From positions 64,170,001 through 64,234,000 of the forward strand of contig NC_043006.1 in assembly GCF_006345805.1 (NCBI RefSeq): DNA of 64,000 nt, in the 5' to 3' direction. The DNA comes from Octopus sinensis (Eukaryota). Numbering within the stretch: the first letter of the stretch is position 1; the number at the start of each line of letters is the position of its first letter. The notes under the pieces were generated by a model. It saw nothing but the letters and a program-made list of their open reading frames with translations. It ran no database searches and was not told where the DNA came from. A program made the translations under genes and the position numbers. This document shows positions 23,600 to 37,209 of this stretch, in pieces.

Positions 23600-25768
23600 C
23601 TTAGTAATTTTTATTAATTTTCAATAGTAAAAAAAAATAATTTTAAATTTACCAGTACGTACATACAGTTTGGCGGTTTACATCGCGGATGTAGATGGCT
23701 GTGGATCGTCAACATGAATAGCTGACTCTGGCTGTTCTTGTTCGATGCACTTAAAAAACCGGTTGAGAGTTCCTTGAACCGTCTTCTCCCTTTTCTCAAG
23801 GATTACATTGTAAGGAGCAAAAGCTTCGTGACAAGCCCCCATAATATTGGAAAAGCGTTGAGCATTTGGATCCATATCCTCAAACATAAAACGATTTTTT
23901 CGATATTTGCAAATGCTTGGGTTTTACTTCCTCTTCTTCTTTATTTTACTACTCGTGAAACTGTATCAAATCTTCGTTCGTCAGGGGCTGCTTGTCTTTT
24001 TCAAATAAATCTGTGAAATCCTCCTCCTCCAAATCCATTTCCAGTTCTTTGCTCATAGTCACCAACATTTTGTTGATGGCAACATTATCAAACCCCTTAA
24101 AATCATTCACGAATTGCAGGCATAGCTTCTTCCATACACCATTCATAGCCGCGCTCTGTTCATCATCCCATGGCGCTGCTATGTTCTGTACAGCCTTGTA
24201 GATATCGTATCTCTTCCAAAAGTCACGAAGTGAGATGGACTCATCAAGATCAGTTGCAGCTATTGCTTGCCGCAGCGTACGCTTAATATAGTAACGTTTG
24301 AAGATAGAAATTATTCCCTGATCCATTGCTGCAGAAGAGACGTGGTGCTCGGAGGGAGGTATTCGACGGTAACATTGAGGTCAAAATCTACAATGTTTTG
24401 CGGGTGGCTAGGAGCATTATCTAAGATAAGTAAAACCTCAAAAGGAATCCCCTTCTTACGGTACTTCTCTGCTGCTGGGATAAATCTTCAAAAGCAACAA
24501 CAGTAACCCATGCTTTTGAATTAGCCATCCATATAACAGGGAGAGATGCCTTGGGTATCTCCTGCACAATTACCTTCCAACATAATGGTCACACGTTTTA
24601 TTGAGACCTTGTAGCCTGGAATAGTTTTCTCCGTCTTGGAAATGAATAAATGGTCTGGCAATTTTTTCCCAATACAATCCAGTTTCATCTACGTTAAAAA
24701 GCTGTTCGGGAATAAACCCGTTTTCTTCGATGATTTTCTTTAATGCATTAGAAAATTCGCTGGTGCTTGTTCGTCAGCTGATGCACTTTCATCTTGCTTC
24801 TTAATACCTTCTTAATACCTTCGTCAGCTGATGCACTTTCATCTTGCTTCTTAATACCTTCTTCGCTACTTACATCTCATGAACTATCCTTGACTTGCCT
24901 TGAACTCTACATCTTTCTCATCTGGTTGTTTTTTCTTCAGGTCCTCAAACAAAGACAAACGCTTCCTCTTAAATTATTTCTTGACTTATAGTAGCATGCT
25001 GACGATTCAACCTAACAATCCAAAGAGAAAGAAGGCTTTCCATTTCTTCAAAGATTTTGCCTCTTTTCTAATTGATGACAGTGTTCTTCATCGCTGGGCT
25101 TCAGATTTGATAAGTGCTAAGATCTTGTCCTTGTTATGTACAATCGTCGATACAGTTGTCCGACTCATCCCAAAAGATCGTGCAATTGCTTCCACTTTCA
25201 CCTCTTTCATGGCGTTTTATCATAGCCAGTTTATCTTCCAGCATTATAGCATGACGCTTAGCACTTTCACTATGAATTTTCTTAGGAGCCATGTGGGTAA
25301 AAAATAAAGCCACAAATGAATGAGAATGAGAAATTTGCCGATAAACAGACGTAAAAAAATCTGAATTCAAAGCATTCGCGGGAATCACAAATAACAACGA
25401 CACCGAACAGTAGATATTGGAACTACAGTGCAACATGAGCACCGAAAGACCGATGAATAAGACAACTCATCTGATTTCATGACTTCGTTCACTAAGCTAC
25501 ATTACTTTATGGTGTCTATCTTAACATTTACTGTACGTATTTTAGTATGATTTTATATGCTTTTATTCTTATTTATTGTACAGTAACATGATTTTATGTG
25601 CTTTTAGTGGTTTTCTTGTGATTTTACGTTTCCAATTTTTGTGGCGGGCAGACATAAAGTCGAGTAAATGACTTAACTTGATTTTTATTTTTCCATATAT
25701 TATTTTTGAAAACCGGGGTATAATCGAGAACGCGGTAAATCGAAACGACTTAAGCCGAGGTATGCTTG
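23600..25768 (-). mobile_element. Tigger (pogo superfamily) DNA transposon, decayed
   Basis: 5' TIR TA|CAAGCATACCTCGG at 25768; N-terminal HTH MAPKK...HAIMLEDKLAMIKRHERGE; DDE_1 segment MDQGIISIFKRYY...MNGVWKKLC; C-terminus QGTLNRFFK. Confidence 0.9.
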
Positions 25769-26028
25769 TATATGTAAATAGCTTTGCTGTTTTAAATATT
25801 GTATTAATATTTTGCTTCTTTCTGTTAATCTTTTAGTTTTTTTCATTACTGCGGATATGGTGGGGCACTGCCTGAAGAATTTTTGGTCGAATGAATCGAT
25901 CCCACTATTTATGTTTTTTTTAAGGCCAGCTGCTTATTTTATCGGTCTCTTTTGACGTACAGCTAAATTACGAGGTCGTAAACGCACCAACACCGGTTGT
26001 CAAAAGGTTGTAGGGAACAAACATTGAC

Positions 26029-26073
<45 letters not shown>

Positions 26074-26313
26074 GATGCGCTTCTTTCAGTTTCCGTCTAC
26101 CAAATCCACTCACAAGGCTTTTGTTGGCTCGAGGTAACTGTAGAAGACACCTGCCCAAGGTCCCCCCAGTGGAACTGAACCTGGGAACTTGCTGTGGAGC
26201 AAACTTCCTACCACACAGTCACGACTGTTTATGCTTTTTCTTTTATTACTATTCAAGTAGCTCCCTAGTCTTACTGTATTCCTTATTAACCTATTTTTTT
26301 TCATTGTATATTT

Positions 26314-26844
26314 CATGGGTGGGGAAACATTTTAGTGCGCCGGGTAAAAATTTCCAAAAAGAAAAAATGTCCGCGGGCAGATCACAAGTTCTAACTCTTA
26401 TATCTGTGTAACTCTTGTATATATCTATGTATAATTCGATATACATTAACGAAGAAAAGTTTAAGACATAAACTTAACGCGTAACATCTTCATTAACGCC
26501 ACTACTGAATTAAAGACATTTATATTACTTTTGAGGTATTCTATATTTTTCAGCTGGAGTGTAGTTGGGTCTCAAGGGGGTGATACAAACCTATTAATAT
26601 GTGTTTTATATTGAAAAGTTTCCATTCAAATGGTAATTACCGGATGATTTTCTATCTGAGTCTAACTGTTTTAAGTTGTAGTGGAAATGCGACCTATGTC
26701 GCAAATAGGCAGACGAGTATTGTATAAATTTTATAATTGAAAAATTTACTATATTTTGTACGTACGAACATGCCATCACGCGGGCGCAATAAAATGGGCT
26801 AGCGGGCGCAATTGCTCCCGCAGGTGGGGTTTTCCCCACTCTTG
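26314..26844. mobile_element. hAT MITE with intact TSD
   Basis: TIRs CATGGGTGGGGAAAC / CAAGAGTGGGGAAAA and a perfect 8-bp TSD GTATATTT at 26306-26313 and 26845-26852. Confidence 0.85.
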
Positions 26845-27224
26845 GTATATTTAAACAAATATTATTAAAAGTCCATTTTGTAACGTCACCAGCTTTTAGT
26901 TAAATTTTTAAAAACAGTGTCCTTTTAATTTCAGGCTCATAATCCGCTCTTACAATAAATTTATATAGATATGCTTCACATTTCCTGAATCCTGAGGGTC
27001 CTACGCCATTTTTTGTGCTTTGTTACTTTGATAATCCAAGATGTCACAGACGTAAAAGAAATTATATAGTTTAGGCGAAAATTGTGGAAATGTATGACGG
27101 TTTAACCCCTTTTGCATTTAAATTCACCATATTCAATTCACATTTTCTATCTGTTTTATGGTGAGACTAGTTACATATTTGGCCTCTCCCATCTACCCGA
27201 CAATGTCATTCAAAAAATAAAGAA

Positions 27225-27382
27225 GTGCGGCTGTGTGGTAAGAAGCTAGCTTCCCACCCACGTGGTTCCGGGCTCAGGCCCACTGCGTGGCACCTTAGGC
27301 AAGTGTCTTCCACTATAGCCTCGGGACGACCAAAGCCTTGCGAGTGTGGATTTGGTAGACGGAAACTGAAAGAAGCCCGTCG

Positions 27383-27433
<51 letters not shown>

Positions 27434-27690
27434 ATGTATGTATGTATGTATGTATGTATGTATGTATGTATGTATGTATGTATCTATGTGTGTGTGTGTA
27501 TGCGTTTGTCCCCTCACCATCGCTTGACAACTGATATTGTTGTGTTTACGTCCCCGTAACTTAGCGGTTCGGCAAAAGTGACCGATAGAATAAGTACTAG
27601 GCTTACAAAGAATAAGTACTGGGGTCGGTTTGCTCGACTAAAGGCGGTGCTCCAGCATGTTCGCAGTCAAAATGACTGAAACAAGTAAAA
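27225..27690 (+). mobile_element. Near full-length SINE family C
   Basis: Head, internal (TA)n/(TATG)n and tail are all present; other copies at ~20200, 25850, 37860, 50775, 52500, 58560, 59865 and 63810. Confidence 0.85.
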
Positions 27691-28276
27691 GAATAAAAGA
27701 ATAAAAGTATCATATTACTGAATTCTCAAAGCTCTGAAGACAATGCATGACTAATTGAAAACAATGTGAACAAGAGCACTCAAAGAGCGCAGACTTCCGC
27801 CAAGGCAACACAACATCCTCTCAACGATTAGCCAGAGATGGTTTTTAAAATGAAAATATCTGAAATAAACTCGAATACTCTCACAAACGAGAATACTGAA
27901 AATGAATCCGACTGCTCTCAAAACTTAAGTGAAAAGAACCGTAAAAATAATCCAGAATCCTTGCCCGGTACTGGAATGATTCCAAAAGTTTATCGGTTTG
28001 TGCCAGTCACGAGTCAAAACATCCTTGAAAGTTTCATCCGAATCCACCCCGCGGTTTTTGAGATATCTTGTCCACGGTCAAACAAACAAACACGACTGAA
28101 AATAATACCTCCGCCTTCACTAAGGCGGAAGTAATAATAAGGGTTACATTTGACTGACAGTACTCTGAGTGCTAAAGGGACAAAGAACTCAGATGATTTC
28201 TAAATTTGTCAAAAATAACCAGAATTGACCTTGAATAAATTCATGTCGGTTCCATTTAAAATTATACCAAACAAAA

Positions 28277-28593
28277 TATTACAAAGCATTGAGTATCTCC
28301 TATGAACCTACAATTTATTTTATGTTGCCATTAACTTCATCGTGGAGGCTCGTGGCTTCGTGGTTAGTGTGTCGGACTCATGATAGTAAGATAGTCGTTT
28401 CAATTCCTGGACCGGGTGATGCGTTGTGTTCTTGGGCAAAACACTTCAATCCGCGTTGCTTTTGTCCACTCATCTGACGAAAATGAGTAATTCCCACTGC
28501 GTGGCACCTTGGGCAGGTGTCTTCTACTATAGCCTCGAGCCGACCAAAGCCTTATGAGTGGATTTGGTAGACAGAAACTGAAAGAAGCCCCTC

Positions 28594-28654
<61 letters not shown>

Positions 28655-28967
28655 TACAAAGCATTGAGTATCTCCTATGAACCTACAATTTATTTTATGT
28701 TGCCATTAACTTCATCGTGGAGGCTCGTGGCTTCGTGGTTAGTGTGTCGGACTCATGATAGTAAGATAGTCGTTTCAATTCCTGGACGGGTGATGCGTTG
28801 TGTTCTTGGGCAAAACACTTCAATCCGCGTTGCTTTTGTCCACTCATCTGACGAAAATGAGTAATTCCCACTGCGTGGCACCTTGGGCAAGTGTCTTCTA
28901 CTATAGCCTCGAGCCGACCAAAGCCTTATGAGTGGATTTGGTAGACAGAAACTGAAAGAAGCCCCTC

Positions 28968-29027
<60 letters not shown>
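28277..29027 (+). repeat. Tandem duplication, 375-bp period (SINE A head + SINE C body + (TA)n)
   Basis: Units start at 28277 and 28652; outside the (TA)n I see only one 1-nt indel and one substitution. Confidence 0.9.
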
Positions 29028-29045
<18 letters not shown>

Positions 29046-29739
29046 GTGTGTGTGTGTGTGTCTGTATGTTTGTGTGTCTGTGTTTGTCCCTCCCCCCCAA
29101 CATCACTTGACAACCGATGAAGGTGTGTTTACGTCCCCATAACCTAGCGGCTCGGCAAAAAGAGACCGATAGAATAAGTACTAGGCTCACAAAGAATAAC
29201 TCCTGGGGTCGATTTGCTCGACTAAAGGCGTTGCTCTAGCATGGCCACAGTCAAATGACTGAAACAAGTAAAAGAGTAATCCTGCGACGGATGGTGTCCC
29301 GTCCAGGAGGGAAGATATACGCCAGAGAAACCAGGAAACCGGCTCTATGAGTTTATAATGCTCAGGGAGGAACTATACGCCACAGAAACAGCGAAGAGTC
29401 AATATGACTCGGGAAGGATCGTTATTTCTTATCATTATTAACTTCATCAGTCGGTTACTGTAACACAGCTGGCACTCAGGAATGGTTTTCACACAGGAAA
29501 AAATGTCATCTACAGAAATCAAACAGTTATGTGTTTTGCCGTCCTGAGTGGTTCAACCCAATCAGATGTTGCGTTCTGCTCCTTTAATTTTTTACCGAAA
29601 TTTTGTCGCTCATCACCTATTATATGAATTCGGTTAATTGAATGATAATTTCTGTAATCGAGGCAATACAATTAAGCGTAATTATTATTCAGTTAACCGA
29701 ATTCGTATTATAGGTGATATATATATATATATATATATA

Positions 29740-29806
<67 letters not shown>

Positions 29807-29881
29807 GCATGTATAAATATTTCGTTTTTGTATTTGGTTTGCAAGATTCTTTATGTGAATTCCAGTGTTGAAGCATATTTT

Positions 29882-30023
29882 ATTGTGTCTGGGGAAAAGT
29901 CATTCTCTTTTAGTGCCTTATTAATTTAACACGCTCATTTACAAGTAAATGAGTGGAAATCGGACCGGTGAGTGTGTTAAATTAATAAGGCACTAAAAGA
30001 GAATGACTCTTCCCGGACACAAT
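29882..30023. repeat. Long inverted repeat / hairpin (MITE-like)
   Basis: Arms 29882-29937 and 29969-30023 with a 35-bp perfect core AGTCATTCTCTTTTAGTGCCTTATTAATTTAACAC. Confidence 0.85.
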
Positions 30024-30059
<36 letters not shown>

Positions 30060-30119
30060 ATATATATATATGATACACACACACGCACATGCACACACAC
30101 AACTATAACAAAAACATTT

Positions 30120-31377
30120 TACTCAATGAAAAAACATTTTACTGTATTAAAATGAATATCTCAAGTAAGAAATTAGTAATAAATAATAAACGAATAGACA
30201 ATTAATATATGAACCGTTTGCTTTTATTCTCATTGTCATGGATTCCACAAGCTTCTGGCAGTATTCTGCTGTTATTTCACTTACTCATATTTCCTTGAAC
30301 TCAGCCATTTCTTGGTGATATGATGTTTGCTTTTGTGGAAGCTTTTTCTTAAGGAAACTCCCACAATTTTCAATGCAATTTAAATCGGGAGAGTTTCCTG
30401 GTTATCCCTGTAAGAGGTAAAAAACTGTTGCTCTTTAAACCATTCTTTGAGTGGATTGGGGTACCATCTTCTCGCACGATTGAGCAATTCCTAGCAACCT
30501 TGGCACTTTTACCTTTAAAATTTCTCGATAATCTTTTGCTTTCCGAGTTACTCCTCTGGGTACAAAATGTAACCCACATCTGATCTGAACTGAAATAGCC
30601 CCCACCCTGCCCCGCCCAAATCATAACTGTAGGTTCAGAACGAGCAGTTTCTGACATATACCTTTCGTTCAGGCGCTCACCTCTTACTTGAGATTGGTAG
30701 CTATGGTACTGAGAAATTAATATTTCATTAGTAAACATGATTAGTGTCCAATACTCATATCTTTTGCAAAATTTAATTCGATCTTGAATGTTTTGCTTGT
30801 TCAACCGACGTTGTGGGGTTTTTTTGGGTTTTTTTTGCCGGTTTACATGCTCTGAGTTTAAAGTCTTTTACCAAGCGATCATTAATTGTTGATAAATGTG
30901 GTGTTTTATTATTGTTATTATATGTTGTAACTCTGCTTGTATCTCGCTTGCATGGAAGAAAGGATTTACTCTCGCAAAGCGGTGAATAAAATAATCAGTT
31001 TGAGTTGGTGCCTTCCTGAGCGGTCACGGCTTGAATAATTTTCAGTTTCTTCAGTTCTTTTTTTAGACTTCTTGGAACAGTTGATGGATGTACAGACAAA
31101 TCAGCTGCTATCTCCCTCTCACACTTACCTCTTTTTTTCAAAATTTCAATCTGAGCTGGCTTCCCTGATGGAATTTTACTTTCCTTCCCCATCTTTTCTT
31201 TTGGCCTTTGAAGGCAAAGTGGACTTAACTGACAAGAGATATGCTTATATAAGTATAACTTTGGGGTTTTCCTAGTGATATATATATAAATTTTGGAAAA
31301 AACCAAGTCACTAAAAATAGTAGATTTACTTAAAAATGTAAAAAGCATTTATTTCTCAAAGGTTGACTAAACATTGT

Positions 31378-31378
<1 letters not shown>
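30120..31378 (-). mobile_element. Tc1-type transposon, decayed
   Basis: N-terminal HTH MGKESKIPSGKPAQIEILKKRGKCEREIAADLSVHPSTV and catalytic-region RIKFCKRYEYWTLIMFTNE...PTVMIWAG, broken by frameshifts. Confidence 0.8.
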
Positions 31379-31551
<173 letters not shown>

Positions 31552-31782
31552 CAATAATTTCCAGAATCCAAATGAATCAGGTACCTAAATAGTGACAGCC
31601 CCAAGGTCAGGTCGGTAACAGTGCTATTGTATATAAACGATGCATTTCAACAAATACGTACTTACTAAAGTAAAGTGTCCATCTCTTGTTATTTGTTTAT
31701 TATATTAGAGGAGGCTCTTAGTAATAACAGTGTAGCAAAACGGCGGTGCATCAGCATGGCCACAGCTCTGAGCTGAAACTAG

Positions 31783-31837
<55 letters not shown>

Positions 31838-32385
31838 TACTTGTTACAGTCAATGGAATGTGGGTATACACAACGATTTAGTCGAATAAATCGACTCTAA
31901 TACTAATTTTTAAAAAAAATCTGATACTTATTTTATCGGGGACATAAACAAACCAGCATTGGATGTCAGGCAGGATGGGAGCTGAACAAATCTTTCTTTA
32001 AGGATAATAGGGTGTACTCCCTGTTACCTCTAAAGAAAGATTAACACACCCACCAATTAATATTTCTAGTTCAGTCATTTACTCAACGTCCTGAAGCGTT
32101 ACACTGCAAAATAGTATGATTTAAATATATTCAACCTTCATTCTTCCTCTCGAGGCTTTTCCTCTTCTCTTTTCTTTTCTTTATGTATTTTCTTCACTCT
32201 GATGAAGCTCCATGTTCCGGATCGGATGTGTTACAAAATATGACGAATATTATTCTCAGAATTTTCAATGACAACACCGTAGGGCATTGGAAGCAGAAAC
32301 GGCTGTTAGATGGATAAGACATAATAATTGATGTTAGTCAATTGTTGTTGATCAAGATTTGTCCATTTTCTGCTTTATTTATATG

Positions 32386-32480
<95 letters not shown>

Positions 32481-32492
32481 TATATATATATA

Positions 32493-32600
<108 letters not shown>

Positions 32601-33676
32601 ACGGGCTTCCATACAATTTCCATCAACCAAATCCACTCATAAGGCATTCTCTTTCGTTTAGGCTATTTTTTCAAATGAATGATAAGTTGACTGAATTTTC
32701 AGGGAAATTAAGAGACGCTTCTAGAAAGCACTACAGGGCTTTCAAATTAGTGAAAATGAAAAAAAGAATATTGTTAAAAATATTTATATCAAATGGTAGA
32801 GGAAAATATAGATTGGTGATATAGAGGAGAAGATATACTGTATTTTCCAGCAAACAAGCCGACATGGTATATAGTGTAAACATTCAAACATCGCCAGTGT
32901 CTTTCCAAATCTTGCCCCATTTCACATGGAAGGGGTATAAGTCGACCTGCTGTTTTTTACTGCAAATGCTTGTCTGAAAAATTCGACATGTATACCGGAA
33001 AATACAGTAGGTCTTATTAGTAGAGAGAAATATGTGCAGATATGGATCAGTTGTGGGCGTTAAAAGGAGAAAGTATAGATGGATCAAGTTAGGTAAAATG
33101 GAGTGGAAAATGTAAAAGACTAAAAAAGAAATTGAGCAAAAAGACTTTGCAAATAGCATTGCCTGTACATACAGTATTTTATCAAACTTAGCTTTGTTGG
33201 GTGGAGGTGCTTATCTCCTCTGTTTGAAAACCTAAGGACACAGAACGCTTGTGTCACGTAGCCAACTAGAAACGGTGTTTCTTGGGGGCTAAATAGCAGT
33301 AGCATTCTTCTCTTTCCTGGGACTGCCACATTAAATTGGCAACAAACCATCACTTTATCGGGCTGCTATTGCATAACTCATTCTGAGAGATTTAGAAATG
33401 CAATATTTCTAATTTTATAATAACAAAGTTAGAAGGAAATATGTTAATACATTAATATTAGTCAACAAGAATAAACGAATGTAGATATATCAGGGTATCA
33501 CTACGTGCTTTTCCATAGCATGTTTATTCCAAATACGAATACAATTGCGCAAATTTATAGCTAACATTATGTAAGTTCGTATTATTACATAACACCATTT
33601 CGTCAGGTGATATTCCGCCGAATAATTCTCTGATGATATCTTGCCAAATATTTTGGCGACGTATACATACATTATG

Positions 33677-33915
33677 GAGGTGCGTGGCTTAGTGGTTAGG
33701 GCGTGGACTCATGACCGTAAAATTTTGATTTCGATTCTTGGACCGGGCGATGCGCTGTGTTCTTGAGAAAAACACTTCATTTCACGTTGCTCTAGTCCAC
33801 CCAGCCGGCAAAAATGAGTAATCCTGCGACGGACCGGCGTCCCGTCCAGGTGGAAATTATATACACCATGGAAACAGGGAAACCTTGTGAGTCTATATGA
33901 CTCGGGAAGGAAATT
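33677..33915 (+). mobile_element. SINE family A
   Basis: GGAGGTGCGTGGCTTAGTGGTTAGGG head and body as in 85-308. Confidence 0.8.
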
Positions 33916-33977
33916 TCACTTTATTATATACATACATTTATATATTAACAATGACAGTATTACCGTATATGGTGGTA

Positions 33978-35341
33978 CTAGCAGGTGTACCCGGTAATTC
34001 CCGGGGGTAAAAGATGTTCTATTGAAATGTCTTATTACTCTGAAATAAGAAAGCAATTTCGTCATAACTGCCACAAAAGGTGTATTTTCCGTCACGAAAA
34101 AGTACAAAAAACTGTCAGCTGGAGGAGGGAGAGATTGTTGGAGGTTGGCGAGAGAGGTTTTCGGAGGTTGGCGAGAAAGATTGTCGGAGGTTGGTGAGAG
34201 AGGTTATATAAATATATAAATGAAGTGTTTGAAGAAAGTGCAATAATAGCGTTCACACTCACTGATGGTTGCTCTCAGTAACTGCCTTTAGCTTACGGAG
34301 TTCTTGTTTTTATAACTACCGAATAGCAGCCAGAAGGATAGACATATTTTTGAGAACATTTGATTTCGTTGGAGATCTCAATTCCAGTCAGTGATGGCCT
34401 AGAAGAGGTTAGAAGGGTCAAGCGGCATAGACATTATTCTGCCTAGCGAAGGCATCTGGGAAATGTATAACTGCTGTCATTCACAGAAAAACTATTGTTT
34501 TACAGTGAGAAAAGCGCTGTTGAAGTGTTAAATAAAATTTGGCGATCGAGGATCGAATCCACGCTATGCCTGCATGGAGCCACTACAAATATGCTGTGAA
34601 ATAAAAAATTTATCTACTATCATGGAAAAAGTGTAACTGTAAAAAGACAGAATTATCGGAGTAATGGGCATTCAAAAAAGTATGTATGTATAGAAATGTA
34701 TGAATGAAGTCTTTAAGGTTTAAGATTCAAATTAAGGAAGTGCAATTTAGCAGTTCAAAACGGTGAGTAGTGACATGCAGAATTAGGTCGGCTGATTGTG
34801 ATAATCAAATATTGATAGCTTCACTAAAAACTGTAGGTGGTATGGGTTATTTCCCTTTGGTTGTTTAAATAAAATATTAGTAATATGTAGCAGATAGAAG
34901 GATCCATTGGAGTAGCCCTATTATCGATTTTTTTCAACAATCTAAGTATGTCACGAGGTTTACAGACATGAATGCTACACACGTGTCAAATAAAGTGATA
35001 TCGTCTGCAAAAATTAGAAATTGGACACACAAAAAAATCAATATTCAAAGTAATGAAACGGATTATTTCCCTTGAGTGTTTAAAAATAAGTGCAGATACT
35101 ATGGGTTATTTCCCTTGGGTGTTTAAAAAATATATATATGAGGTAGATATAAAGGTCCCTTCCAGGAGCTGTATTATCGATTTTTTTCAACAATCTAAGT
35201 ATGTCACGAGGTTTCTAGACATGAGTTCTACTCACGTGTCAAGTGTCATCAAAATCAATGAAACGATGTTAGAGGGAGTTAGCTAATAACGCCACAAAAA
35301 CAAGCACACACTGATTTTCCACATATGTAGGAGATATAAGA
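33978..35341 (-). mobile_element. Helitron-like non-autonomous element
   Basis: Minus strand reads A|TCTTATATC... at 35341 and ...CCCGGGAATTACCGGG-N-CTAG|T at 33978, i.e. 5'-TC, subterminal hairpin, 3'-CTAG, AT target. Confidence 0.55.
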
Positions 35342-36301
35342 TACACTTTTCTCACCCCAAGCCCTGTATGAGAATTTGGGCCTATATTACATAATTTAAT
35401 GCACTAAAAAGCGTTTCTTTCTGAATATGCGCTACTGAAATTGGGGTAGGCTTAATATTCTCGTGTGTTTTTTATGCCATCGAATATGGTAATTATAATA
35501 TAGAAGCTATAAGCCAAGATTTGGGAAAATATTAAACGTACGAATGAGATTAGGAACAAAACAAAGAAAAGCGAAACGTAGTCGTGAATGTGTGTGAGTG
35601 CGCGCGCGCGTTTGTATGGATGCATATGCTGTATATAAACACACGTGCACACTTGTACATAGATGTATATTTGTTTTCAAGGATTATGAATTCATTGTGG
35701 CTACAAAAAATTTAACCACAGAAATACTAAAGTGTTTTTTTATCTGCACTACTCTCTCCTTTTTTTTAAATTCTTTTTATTATGTTTTGGTTTTACGTTT
35801 TCTGTTCCTTTTTTTTATATAAGGGGAATTATAAGGGGTTTTATATACATATATCTCGTCTGCCGTGGCTAATCATCTTTACACGAACATTTAAACAGAA
35901 TGTGTGTGTGTGCGTGTGCGTAGTGTGTGTGTGTATGTGTGTGTATGTCTGTGTGTGTGTGTGTAGTGTGTGTCTGGGGTGGAGTATAACAGACGAGTAT
36001 GTATGACATAATAAAAACACAATATGTTTCACACTCTAGTCACGCAGGCAGAGGGAAACTAAAACAACAAATGGCGTAGGAGTGAGTGATAGTCAGAGAC
36101 GCAAATATAGGTGATATGTAGTGAAAGATTTGGCTCTGCAATAGATGTTATTTCTAATGGAAATGACATTGCTAATTTTTATCATAAATTATTTTATTTG
36201 ATTTGTGCACACTCGCACACAATCACATACGTATGTATATATACATGTATATGAAATTAAATATGAAACGCTTTTCTTTTCAAAATATTATCGAATACAC
36301 A

Positions 36302-36355
<54 letters not shown>

Positions 36356-36948
36356 AAGAGAGAAAGGTTGGGGAGATAAGATAAGAGGGCAGCCGTGGAC
36401 ACGTGTTTGTGCCTCAATAGGTTTCTTCAGCTGAGAGCCACGTTGTGATATTATTAGCTAAAGCAAAAATATACGGTCGATAAAAGCGAAAAATAATAAG
36501 AAAAATAAGAGACAAATTCCAAACTTTATCTGCCTCACCTTAAAACTAGAAGAGATTGTCTCCCCTATTGCTTACCAGGAGCGCACCACTTGTTATGAAA
36601 AATGTACTTCTTAAACCATTGGAAAACATCCATACTTCCTCTTTTTCCCTCCCATTCCTATCGCTTATCTCGGTATTTCTCTCTGTTCTTGCATTCATAT
36701 ATATCTTACTCTTTTGTTTATCTTTTCCTCAATCTCACCGCATTTTCTCTCTAATTTTTTCTATTATTTAATATCTTTTATCTTCTACTTGTTTCAGTCA
36801 TTGGACAGCGGTTGTATTGGTAGCTGAGCAAAATGACCTCCATTACTCATTTAAATAGGATACTTATTCCACTGGTTCTCTTTTGCCGAGCCACTAGGCT
36901 ACGGGGACTTAAGCGAGCCAACCTCGGTTGTGAAACGGCGGCAAGGGA

Positions 36949-37008
<60 letters not shown>

Positions 37009-37209
37009 TGTATTTTATTATTCAGTATATTTCAAGATTTCTTGCCAATAGAGAAAGAACCGATTTCTAACCTAACCTAGATCCAAGGTTCCTTCATTGG
37101 AATTTCAGCATCAACAAGGTATGTATGTATGTATGTATGTATGTATGTATGTATGTATGTATGTATGTATGTATGTATGTATGTATGTATGTTGTATGTA
37201 TGTATGTCT

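Noticed and set aside
28277-29027. Repeat-spacer-like periodicity as a CRISPR array
   Set aside because: Eukaryotic context, whole-unit duplication, no unique spacers and no cas genes.
32830-32960. Open frame GRLIPLPCEMGQDLERHWRCL that would join the 41321 exon in phase
   Set aside because: The acceptor is purine-rich (GTAAAAAACAGCAG), no donor or homology is recognisable, so it is unsupported.
33677-33745. tRNA-like sequences
   Set aside because: They are SINE heads: A/B boxes but no complete cloverleaf, and they continue into SINE bodies.
35560-36480. Possible third promoter (CG tract, AAATGGCG, CACGTG)
   Set aside because: Motifs are short, scattered and not linked to any exon or ORF.
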